This document shows positions 30,123 through 38,864 of a stretch of DNA of 64,000 bases, one piece after another. Position numbers and translations under genes: made by a program. How positions within the stretch are numbered: position 1 is the stretch's first letter; the number at the start of each line of letters is the position of its first letter. Under the pieces are notes generated by a model. That model was not told the origin of the DNA and made no database searches. It was given only the letters and a program-made list of their open reading frames with translations. Origin of the DNA: Candidatus Bathyarchaeota archaeon (GTDB lineage: Archaea; Thermoproteota; Bathyarchaeia; Bathyarchaeales; Bathycorpusculaceae); assembly GCA_963707955.1 (NCBI GenBank), contig OY970176.1:832001-896000 (forward strand). The letters are read 5' to 3'.

Positions 30123-30340
30123 TCCTCGGAGACATAAGCCTTCCCCTCATTTGAAAAAGAGGAAAAGTTAGAAAGCATCTCATACGGAAGCCAATCTTAA
30201 AACTATGCGGAAGCTTCCTATTAGCATCTTGTTATGAAGGCATATTGTCTCCTCGTCCACAAAAACGACGGAATCATGAAGGTCAATGAAAGAATATCGG
30301 AGATATGAAGATGAGAACCCTTAAAAGAACCCCAGAAAAA
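30123..30340. repeat. Conserved element right-end block, copy B
   Basis: Closely similar to 20791-21010. Confidence 0.85.
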
Positions 30341-30469
30341 ATAGGAGACGGGAAGCTAGGGCAGAAATCGAGCTCCCAAAATTTTTAGGAGACGAAAAAT
30401 GATGAGCCAAGAAAAGACGGAACCACAAACACAGAAGACAACAATTTCAAAGATTACTAAGGCTATAGA

Positions 30470-30493
30470 CGGGTTACGACCAACACGCCAGCC
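30470..30493 (+). repeat. att copy 3
   Basis: CGGGTTACGACCAACACGCCAGCC. Confidence 0.9.
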
Positions 30494-30589
30494 TTTTCTC
30501 AGAACCCGCCTCCTGATATCAACACACAGAACGGAAAACTCATAGAATACATGCTATATCTACAAAGAGCAGGATTCAGCGAAGCTTAG
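30470..30589 (+). pseudogene. Probable 5' remnant of a third Int(C)
   Basis: RVTTNTPAF...GKLIEYMLYLQRAGFSEA* in the att frame; resembles integrase N-terminal helices. Confidence 0.5.
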
Positions 30590-31163
30590 AGTCAGATTGA
30601 TGAGTATTGAAGGCCACTGTTCAGACAGATATTTCAATCAGATATTTGGTTTAATTCCTGAATTGATTAGACCTGAGTACAGGAAGACTTTCAAGGCTTA
30701 TGATGGAATAAACAATGTTTTCAATTTGGCTTATGAAATGCTGTCATGGAAAGTGCATCATGCGTTGATAAAGGCTAAGCTTGAACCGTATCTGGGTTTT
30801 CTGCACAGTATGGCAGAAGGAAAACCGAGTTTAATCTGCGATTTTCAAGAACTGTATCGCTATCTTATGGATGATTTCGTTATTCAGTACTGTCGGAGAC
30901 TTCAGAAGAAAGATTTCATAATGAAGTATGAGGATTTTTCAACGAACCGAAAGGGAAAGAGAGAATACCTCAACGATTCTCTAACACACAGTCTGATTAG
31001 AAGTTTGAACGAATACTTCCAGAGCAAAGTTGAGATTCCACGAATTAGAATGGGAAAGGAACAGGAAATTGAGACGTTAATCAATGAAGAGACTCTACTA
31101 TTTGCAATGTACTTGAGGAATGAGAAACAGACATGGATTCCCAGAATTGCAAATCTAAACTAA
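30582..31163 (+). pseudogene. cas1: Solo Cas1, C-terminal catalytic domain only
   Basis: LMSIEGH, NNVFNLAYEML, LEPYLGFLH and SLICDFQELYR motifs; N-terminal domain absent. Confidence 0.88.
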
Positions 31164-31234
31164 ACTCCTTGAGCGCGCGCTATTCTACCGAAAGTAATAA
31201 ATCCTATAATAGAAAAATACAGCGAGTGATAAAA

Positions 31235-31963
31235 ATGAACAGCAGAATCGTTTTGCTCAGTTTGACCGCAACATTCTTGTTGTTTGCACTGGTCGTGGCA
31301 GCATCAGCTCAAACGAGGACAGTAGGCGTTAGTGTGGGCAACACCTTTACGTACGGTGTCACCGCTAGCTGGAGTTCAAACGACACGACTGCTACACCTC
31401 CTTCCTACATAGTAGATGCCAACAATACACAATCGGGAGAGCTTTCCATTACAGCCATTTCTGGCACAAACGTAACTGTACAAACGACAACCCTTTACAA
31501 GAACTCGACCGAAACAACCTCGGGCGGCTGGGTAGACGTAAACACTGGAAACGGTGAGAACCTAACGAATTTCGTCATTTCAGCCAACCTAGCCGCAGGC
31601 GATTCAATTTACAATTCTTCGTCATACAATACTATAAACGAGACCGTGACTAGAACTTACTCCAGCGGTGTCAGAAACACAAACCACTTAAACATGACCT
31701 ACTCACTTGAAGGACTTAATTACACTATTAACTATTACTGGGACAAGCCGACAGGCGTCATCGTTGAGCTGCTGACGCAAACCACCAATCAGACAGCCCA
31801 ATACACAACAACGTGGTCAGAAGACCTCCAAATCACCAGTTCAAATGTCTGGACAGTGCCCGAGTTTCCCACGTGGACCTCAACACTGCTCATATTCATC
31901 GCGGTCACATCAGCCACCATTGTCATCGCTAGACAAAAACAACCCAAAAGACCCTTACGCTAA
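31235..31963 (+). CDS. Exported Thr/Asn-rich protein with PEF-CTERM-like sorting signal
   Basis: Signal peptide; VPEFP followed by a TM helix and basic tail. Confidence 0.8.
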   Translation: MNSRIVLLSLTATFLLFALVVAASAQTRTVGVSVGNTFTYGVTASWSSNDTTATPPSYIVDANNTQSGELSITAISGTNVTVQTTTLYKNSTETTSGGWVDVNTGNGENLTNFVISANLAAGDSIYNSSSYNTINETVTRTYSSGVRNTNHLNMTYSLEGLNYTINYYWDKPTGVIVELLTQTTNQTAQYTTTWSEDLQITSSNVWTVPEFPTWTSTLLIFIAVTSATIVIARQKQPKRPLR

Positions 31964-32091
31964 ACCCCCCTCTTTTTTAGAGCGCGTCGTCACAATTTGG
32001 GCTTGGGATAAAACTTTACCCCAAAACCCAAACCCATTATTAGTTTATATGCGCATTGATTCAAAAACGGTGCTGAGAGAACAGTTAAAAA

Positions 32092-32301
32092 ATGACTAAA
32101 CAAAAGAGTCAAAAGAAAGTTGTTGGCAGAAAAGGGCTAATCCTTCTTGGAATCATGGGTATCGTAGGGCTGATCCTTCTTGCTTTTGGAGTGTTCTCGA
32201 TATTCGAGAGATCCATACTTCTAGGTGTAATCTCATTGGTTCTAGGGTTCTTCGTATACTTTATATTTATACTCATAGAAAGAAAGTTGAAGCTTCTCTA
32301 A
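32092..32301 (+). CDS. Small membrane protein
   Basis: Two TM segments. Confidence 0.6.
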   Translation: MTKQKSQKKVVGRKGLILLGIMGIVGLILLAFGVFSIFERSILLGVISLVLGFFVYFIFILIERKLKLL

Positions 32302-32495
32302 AAGGTTCAGCTTTAATGATTAATGGATTTCTTACCACATCGAAAAGAAGCCTGGTCTTACCTTATTATGTTGAGCGCGCGCGGATACGGTGTTACCAGC
32401 GTGTTACGAAATGTTTTTCGGGCGCTAGTTGTGATAAGCTAAAATTCTAGTCTCTGCTCTAGACATGCACGCAGGCTAGGCAAAAGGGGTTTCTG

Positions 32496-33275
32496 TTGTC
32501 GTCTCGACGAAGTCTTGAAAGACTGAAAAGAAAAGCACCGCAACTGCTGGTTCTAGCCATCGTTGCCGTCGTGGTTGGAGTCATTTTGTTGGGTACTTTG
32601 GAAGACACTTTGATCGAGGGAGGCACTTTCAGAGGCACGCCGCTTGATGTACTGTTGAACGCTGTCGTCATGCTTACGCATAACGTTACGGCAACCGTTT
32701 CGTCTTGGGGTTATGCTGGAATCTTCCTGTTGATGCTACTTGAGTCGAGTTCTCTGCCCATTCCAAGCGAAGTGGTACTTCCGTTCTCAGGCTACCTCGT
32801 TTCTCTGGGCCAGCTTAATTTGTGGTTAACCATTTTGGTTTCAACTCTTGCAGGAATATCTGGCTCGTTGGTTGATTACTACATTGGAAAGAAGGGAATG
32901 AACCTGCTCGCCCATCGGAAAGCTCTGGGCCAGCTACTTTTCAATGAAGCACGCTTGGAAACGGCCGAGAGGTGGTTCAGTAAATATGGAGCTCCCACGG
33001 TGCTTCTGAGCCGCATGGTTCCAGGGTTTAGGACACTTGTGTCGTTTCCAGCAGGGGCAGTAAAGATGCCGCTGGCAAAATTCATCGCATACACGATTGC
33101 TGGGTGTCTATGCTGGAACGCCCTCCTAACTTACATCGGCGTGTACGTGGGCGCTAACTGGCCAGAGGTCGCTGGGGTATCACATTACTTAATCATAGGA
33201 CTTTTGGCGGCGATCCTAGCGGCGTTCATCGTGTTCTTGATCAGGAGAAAAAAAGGAGCGCAGGTTCGGGTTTGA
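32496..33275 (+). CDS. DedA family membrane protein
   Basis: LESSSLPIPSEVVLPFSG and SRMVPGFRTLVSFPAG motifs. Confidence 0.9.
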   Translation: MSSRRSLERLKRKAPQLLVLAIVAVVVGVILLGTLEDTLIEGGTFRGTPLDVLLNAVVMLTHNVTATVSSWGYAGIFLLMLLESSSLPIPSEVVLPFSGYLVSLGQLNLWLTILVSTLAGISGSLVDYYIGKKGMNLLAHRKALGQLLFNEARLETAERWFSKYGAPTVLLSRMVPGFRTLVSFPAGAVKMPLAKFIAYTIAGCLCWNALLTYIGVYVGANWPEVAGVSHYLIIGLLAAILAAFIVFLIRRKKGAQVRV

Positions 33276-33458
33276 CGGGTTAAGTTTCACGCTGCTTTGA
33301 ACACGTAAGATTCTTAAGAAGCTGATGTTCAGTACGTAACTTCAAGGAAGATGTCCCGCAAAAAGATATCGTGGGCGCGCGCTATTCTTTTTTTTGAAAC
33401 TGATTTCAGACAAATCTTTTATAATGGTTGCACTCTTCTGAAGAGGCAGGGTGAAAAC

Positions 33459-33824
33459 ATGGGAAGTTTATGGCTGGGAGCTTTCGTTGGCTTTCTCATA
33501 ACACTGGGTCTTGGGTGGCTGTTTCCAGGACTTGGACACCTCATAGGCGGGTTCATTGGTGGGTTAGTGGCAGGGCTCATAGCTCGAGGGATAGGAAAAG
33601 GAGCGTTAGCCGGTTTCCTCGCGGGAATATTCGGCGGGATCATCATCGCAGTACTAGTAGCAGCAGGTTTAACGGTGGCAGGTGGAGTAACGGGTGGGGT
33701 GCAAGGCGGAGTTTTTGGGTTCCTGTCAGGACTAGCCCTTGGAATCGCAGTGATTATCGTGGCTGCCTTCGGCGCAATCGCCTCAACGATAGGCGGACTC
33801 ATAGGCGGATTGCTCACAAGATAG
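33459..33824 (+). CDS. Gly-rich membrane protein (DUF5518-like)
   Basis: GGFIGGLVAG...GALAGFLAG pattern; SD GGGTGA. Confidence 0.7.
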   Translation: MGSLWLGAFVGFLITLGLGWLFPGLGHLIGGFIGGLVAGLIARGIGKGALAGFLAGIFGGIIIAVLVAAGLTVAGGVTGGVQGGVFGFLSGLALGIAVIIVAAFGAIASTIGGLIGGLLTR

Positions 33825-33860
33825 AAAATTCCCCATTTTATCTGTTCAGAAGAGCGCGTT

Positions 33861-34115
33861 TATTCACCTATTATTCATGTTGGAACAGCACAATCAAGAT
33901 GCACTCTAATGGAGATCAACGAAAAGACAGGCATCAGGACCAGGACAACTACCGAAAAGCCAAACGTTCTCATGACAAGGGACCCAGCGTGTGTCAAACT
34001 CGCTTTTCCACAACCTTTGGTTGTCGAACTTCATGACGAGATTCCTGCACTAGGCCGATTCATTCTGCGGGAAGGTTTGACAGTCGCAGGTGGAACTATC
34101 GTTACAATGTCCTAA
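33861..34115 (+). pseudogene. Remnant of an EF-1alpha-like GTPase domain III
   Basis: YSPIIHVGTAQSRC...PLVVE..EIPALGRFILREG.TVAGG. Confidence 0.7.
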
Positions 34116-34349
34116 AAGTAGGCTGCTGTCTGCCCGCGTGGTCAGCTAACCCGCTTCTAGACACTGGCTGATTGTTCAAACCAGCATCCTGAAGAGGACA
34201 ACTTGAGGAACGTTCTGCGAAAGAAAAAGTAGCTTATTCCACAAACTTCACTGAACGACCCGCGCGCGCGAGTTAGCGCGCGCTAAGATTATGCCAGAAT
34301 AAGACTAAGCGCGCTAGTTCGAAGTCTATGTCTATTGTTGAGAAGGAAA

Positions 34350-34508
34350 TCAGTCTTTCTTCTTTTCTTCTCCCTCAACCCCTTCCTTTATTCCCTTTCC
34401 AACACCCTTCACAACTCCAAAGCCTTTCTTAAGGCCTTTACCGATGGCTTCTCCGGTTTTCTCTGCAGCCTCTTCAGCTTTGCCTTTCTTTTCCTTTTTT
34501 TCAGGAAT
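34350..34508 (-). CDS. 52-aa Lys/Glu/Gly-rich small protein, probable ATT start
   Basis: GGAGGTGAAAGA-ATT; (M)PEKKEKKGKAEEAAEKTGEAIGKGLKKGFGVVKGVGKGIKEGVEGEEKKKD. Confidence 0.6.
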   Translation of the reverse strand: MPEKKEKKGKAEEAAEKTGEAIGKGLKKGFGVVKGVGKGIKEGVEGEEKKKD

Positions 34509-34669
34509 TCTTTCACCTCCAATCTAAAGATGCGTCTCAACTAGCTCATTTAATTCTTTTGCCACGGTGGATCCTCAGGAAAAACACGGTGCCGATTACT
34601 CAGATAATAGTCTAAATTCCCATTTATAAATATCTCAAGATCCTTTCCGGAGGCGCGCGGCGTCTGACT

Positions 34670-34963
34670 TCACGCAAATAGAAATCCCAGCGCGAGGCCG
34701 ATCAGGAATGCAACGGAAGAATAAGGTAAGACGTTGAGCCATCCGCTTCCGACATCGTAGAGCTTGGGCAAAAACTTCATGGCCTCATCGAAAAGGTCGG
34801 TGAAGGTCAAGCTCAGGATCCCGGTCGCGACGAGGACTATGATGAGTGCGACAATGGCTATCAGAAGTTTCAAACCTTTCTTGACTATAACACCTACCAG
34901 CAAGCCTATGATAAATGGCAGGACAACCGGGATTAGCCAAGCGATCTCAGGTGGAATCGACAT
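34670..34963 (-). CDS. Small membrane protein (FUN14-like)
   Basis: IIGLLVGVIVKKGLKLL pattern. Confidence 0.65.
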   Translation of the reverse strand: MSIPPEIAWLIPVVLPFIIGLLVGVIVKKGLKLLIAIVALIIVLVATGILSLTFTDLFDEAMKFLPKLYDVGSGWLNVLPYSSVAFLIGLALGFLFA

Positions 34964-35118
34964 AGTTTTCCCAAAATTTTGGCTCTTTTTATCTACAAGT
35001 GACTTCAGAAACTTTTATATATAAAATTTTTGTCGCAGCCCGCACAGACCATTTCTACATTCAAAACGATTATTTCCTCAACTCCATGTCCTTCCTGCGC
35101 TCTCGGAAAACCATCAAT

Positions 35119-35355
35119 CTAGGTTTTGCGTCTCCACAAGTGAAGTCGACCAGAACTGATGGCCACGTGCTTGTTCTCCAAGAGTCCTCGTTTCCTTGCT
35201 TGCACAAGATATTTTGTCATGGTCCCAACGCCTAAACAGGCGTTCTTGGCAAGGTTTCTAGAATTTATCCAGAAACCACGCGGCATTTCATTAATCGCCT
35301 TTTCTGCCCTACTCATTTTCGTGATGTTCGTCAAAACACCGCTGCTCCTGTTCAA
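35119..35355 (-). CDS. Small putative winged-helix protein
   Basis: SRNLAKNACLGVGTMTKYL..A.KRGLLE. Confidence 0.45.
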   Translation of the reverse strand: MNRSSGVLTNITKMSRAEKAINEMPRGFWINSRNLAKNACLGVGTMTKYLVQARKRGLLENKHVAISSGRLHLWRRKT

Positions 35356-35509
35356 AAGCTACTACAGCATTCGTCGTAGCTTCTACTGACTTAAGAAGGT
35401 AGCGACGATCCCGCGTGCTACTTGCGCCTTCTGAAGACCGCGCGCGGCGCGCGTTTTTCTTTCGAAACTCTTATCTTTGGTTTTGCTGATACTGAAATAG
35501 GATCAGGCA

Positions 35510-35710
35510 ATGGTGTTGTGTCCTAGGTGTGGAAACGAAGCATTAGATTCATCGACGGAGTGGGAATTTGCTGATTTCCACGTCAGGCTTTTTGTTTGCT
35601 CCAAATGCAAGAAGACATTCAAGGCATATTATCGAAAGGGAAGGTTAAGTCATACCATACCCAAACGTTCTGGACAAACCTTTCATTCAGGGTCAGCGCA
35701 CGCGCGCTAG
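35510..35710 (+). CDS. Small Zn-ribbon protein
   Basis: CPRCG...CSKCKKTF. Confidence 0.65.
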   Translation: MVLCPRCGNEALDSSTEWEFADFHVRLFVCSKCKKTFKAYYRKGRLSHTIPKRSGQTFHSGSAHAR

Positions 35711-35834
35711 TCAAGAAACAGAAAGAGAAGGAGCGGGTTAAATTGTCAGAAAAGGGGTTACTCTCTTTGTCGAGCCAAGCTGGCTCCGGCAAGAGACTAA
35801 AAAGTGAACAATAGAATTCGAAAGAGGTGAAAGA

Positions 35835-35987
35835 ATGGAAAAAAGAAAGTTGGACCTGGTCTTCATCGATAAGAATGGAAAGGTGTATCCGATAGATGAT
35901 GTTTCCCGAGCAGAATTAGCTGAGGGTCTTGAAAAGATCTCCAAAGAAATCGCAAAGAGACTGCTATTGGTGAAAGAACAAAGGTAA
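35835..35987 (+). CDS. 50-aa hypothetical protein
   Basis: SD GAGGTGAAAGA-ATG; MEKRKLDLVFIDKNGKVYPIDD... Confidence 0.55.
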   Translation: MEKRKLDLVFIDKNGKVYPIDDVSRAELAEGLEKISKEIAKRLLLVKEQR

Positions 35988-36149
35988 AACCCACAGTATT
36001 CTCTTTTTTCCAGTTCCCGGAAGCTACCCTCCGCTTCCATCTTATGCTCCCAGTGCGCGCTAGTTCATATTTCTGCTTCATAAAAAACTTATGCCGCCCA
36101 CAGCAAAAGTGTGAGGTTGCCCCAGATGAGGAAGCGGAGATGATGTGGA

Positions 36150-36623
36150 TTGTATGAGAACATTCTAGTTGTGGACGACGACGCAGATGTGAGAAAGAGC
36201 CTTTCTATGATACTATCCAATGAGGGATACTCAGTTGAAGCAGTGGAGAATGGTAAACAAGCGACGAAGATTATCGAAAAATTACGTTTTGACGTAGCCC
36301 TGATTGACATTAAGCTACCTGACATGGAGGGAACTGAGCTCCTTCAAAGGCTGAAGAAAGACCAGCCCCACATGGTTAAGATAATCATCACGGGTTTTCC
36401 GACGTTGGAGAATGCTATGGAGACAGTTAACGAGGGTGCCGATGGATACATTTTGAAACCTTTCGACGTGCAGAAATTGCTGGAGATGATCAGAAAGCAT
36501 CTGAAAAAGGAAACTGCTGAACATGTCAGCAATTGGATGGAATTTGACCAAGATAGAGCACGTATATCTGGGTCTGATCGAAACAATGATGTTAAGCGCA
36601 AATCTTTTTTTGAACCACAATAG
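36150..36623 (+). CDS. Response regulator receiver protein
   Basis: ILVVDDD, DIKLPDMEG, IITG and YILKPF motifs. Confidence 0.92.
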   Translation: MYENILVVDDDADVRKSLSMILSNEGYSVEAVENGKQATKIIEKLRFDVALIDIKLPDMEGTELLQRLKKDQPHMVKIIITGFPTLENAMETVNEGADGYILKPFDVQKLLEMIRKHLKKETAEHVSNWMEFDQDRARISGSDRNNDVKRKSFFEPQ

Positions 36624-36760
36624 ACCGAAAAAGCCAATAGACCTATCTGTCTATTGGCGAAAGAATCCCGAATTAAGAAAGAAGCGCTAAACTCTTTTGA
36701 ACGGCAAGTATAAAAGATTGAAGGCGCGCGCTGAGAATGATTAGCGCGCAACGATTGAGA

Positions 36761-36853
36761 CTACTTCTTCAATCGTTTCTCCTTGTGCTTTCTTCTTTTC
36801 TCTTCTCTTTCCTTTTTTGTCATTGGTTTCTTTTTAGTGGCTCCAGTGCTCAA
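36761..36853 (-). CDS. 30-aa basic microprotein
   Basis: (M)STGATKKKPMTKKEREEKRRKHKEKRLKK; SD GGTGA; paralog of 26766-26858. Confidence 0.6.
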   Translation of the reverse strand: MSTGATKKKPMTKKEREEKRRKHKEKRLKK

Positions 36854-37609
36854 TGCAATCACCACGCTCATATAGTCAGAATAGGGAATTAAGTTTTTGC
36901 GCGCGCCCTGGCCAATGCGAGTGCTTCTTCTAGTCTCCTTACTTTCTTAACGTTGCTCTTTCCATGTTTCCATGTTCTTCGACTTTTCATTCTTTTCAAG
37001 AATCGTTCTTTTTTCGCCTGCTTCTTCTTGGATCGTTTCAAACAAATCTTCCTTCTCAGAATCAAATAGTAACAACAAACAAGCATTATAACCTTCACCT
37101 GAATAATCCGACAAAATCTAAGACTTAATGAGAAAGAAGTTCATTAGAGTATTGAGAGTCTGTTTATGAGCAGGCGCAGACGGTTTGACAGACTTGAATG
37201 TCGGGGTTTGCATTTACAAAAGCAGCACGTACTGCTGGAGACAGTGCCCGTACAACATCTGGAAGAAGGAAGAATACTAAATCTCGCGGTGAGCGAACGC
37301 AACGATTTTGCTCTCTTACACACGCCCTTGCACCAACGTCTTAGCCTGCTTAGACTGTCCTATGGAAACCAAGGCAAACCGATTCTATATTATATACGTG
37401 GTTTTCTCAACTTTCCATAGGACAGCTCAATGGTCAAAGCAGTGCGAAGAGCGGTTGCTTCTTCGCTGCAGGGGGCTGAGTTGCGTTCTCATCGGCTACA
37501 CACTCGAATAGCCTTCGCCCTCCCGCGCGCGTCTTTCTTGATGAGCATGACCATTCCGACTGAATGTGCTCTTTCCATCCTCTTCAACTATCGAACAGCT
37601 TAGCGCGCA

Positions 37610-37696
37610 CTATCTTACTCTCTTCCTGTTTCTCCGAAGCAAGCGTTTGTTTGGGAGTTTTGGTTTCTTCACACGTTTTGCATCCGTTGCAGCCAA
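37610..37696 (-). CDS. 28-aa basic microprotein
   Basis: SD GGAGG, TTG start; AATDAKRVKKPKLPNKRLLRRNRKRVR. Confidence 0.4.
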   Translation of the reverse strand: MAATDAKRVKKPKLPNKRLLRRNRKRVR

Positions 37697-37851
37697 GACT
37701 AGACCCTCCAAATAGTTTTGCTTCTCGTTTCTCTTAAAGCTAGTGTACAGCGCGCCCTAATGATAGTGGAGACGACTTACAGATTTAGCGCGCTGGATCG
37801 ATAGGCATGCGGAACATGCTAGAAATCAGCTATTAACCCGAAAATCTTGCA

Positions 37852-38040
37852 TTAGCGTTTAGCGCGCGCGCTTAGCTTCCTTACCCATTCTATTTTAGTA
37901 GAGTAAACTTCACGCAATTGTGGAGAAGTAATGGGTTTCCATTCTTGAGCCACTGCAAGCATTCGACTTTTGGATTTACTATTCTTGCCTTTTCGTTTGG
38001 GTTTTTCTTTCCTTATCGGTTTATAATGTTCAGGTTTCAT
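37852..38040 (-). CDS. Small basic protein
   Basis: 62-aa Lys-rich ORF ending in a (GC)n tract. Confidence 0.4.
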   Translation of the reverse strand: MKPEHYKPIRKEKPKRKGKNSKSKSRMLAVAQEWKPITSPQLREVYSTKIEWVRKLSARAKR

Positions 38041-38506
38041 GTTCGATCTCTGCTAGTTCAAGCTTAGATACCTAACATATATAGAAGTTTTGTCACTTTT
38101 TTGATTTAGCGCGCTTTTACCAAAGGGTTGATACAGGCTATTTCCATGAATGAAACAAACCCGCGGGCGTGTCATCTATTTTTTGAGCTTTACGACGGGC
38201 AGATGTAGATTGGTTTTCCCTGTGTTCTCGGTTTCACGTGATTGTGCCTTGAGGAAGATCGCTTGGCCGCTTTTTATGTCCAAAACATCTGTCTTTCCTG
38301 AAGATGTCAGTTTTAGTTTGGCACCTTAGCGCGCGCGAATCTGGGACAAGGGAGCCGCACGAAAATATCCTCACGATGCTCTGTTGGTTAATCGGTTTAT
38401 AAGGAGGTTTGCGCATTATGGGGCAGTAGCGTTCTGTTGTTGAAGGACGAGAAGAACACAGCAACGTTGCACGTTACAATGAATGATGAAAAGGGGTGAT
38501 TTGGAA

Positions 38507-38794
38507 ATGGCGGAAGGATCGGCAATTGTTTTCATTGGAAGTAAACCACCAATGGACTATGTTCTAGCAGTTATGACAAGAATATCTGCTGGCAATGCTA
38601 AGGAAGTAGTTTTGAAAGCAAGAGGACAGGCGATCACTACAGCTGTTGATGTGGCTGAAATAACCAGAAATCGCTTCCTAAAAGACCTAAAAGTGGGCAG
38701 GATAGCTATCGGAACAGAGGAGATGCCGGCAAGAGAGGGCGAGAACAGGTCACGGATGGTTTCAACAATAGAAATAAGCCTTGCAAAAGAGTAG
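38507..38794 (+). CDS. albA: Alba DNA/RNA-binding protein
   Basis: [27 protein letters not shown] and VSTIEI motifs. Confidence 0.92.
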   Translation: MAEGSAIVFIGSKPPMDYVLAVMTRISAGNAKEVVLKARGQAITTAVDVAEITRNRFLKDLKVGRIAIGTEEMPAREGENRSRMVSTIEISLAKE

Positions 38795-38864
38795 GAGAAC
38801 CCTCGAGAAACACACGCGCAATTATGGTGAGTGGCTATTAAGAAACGGGTAACGATGAAGAACA

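Larger units (their letters stand above)
21247..30493. mobile_element. Composite, decayed integrative element 2 (about 9.2 kb)
   Basis: Bounded by att copies; intact integrase, two further integrase tails, HTH tail, 4 copies of the 50-bp repeat, right-end block; no Rep seen. Confidence 0.75.

Noticed and set aside
15225-30493. Classical integron
   Set aside because: The integrases lack the IntI-specific insertion as far as I can see, the repeats lack RYYYAAC/GTTRRRY ends, and cargo genes lie in both orientations
30582-31163. Casposon
   Set aside because: No adjacent element PolB or terminal inverted repeats; the PolB at 1.9-4.3 kb lies among housekeeping genes
36633-36658. GCCAATAGAC-N6-GTCTATTGGC as a dif-like recombination site
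   Set aside because: Single copy just after a stop codon and unlike the archaeal dif consensus; more likely a terminator-associated hairpin
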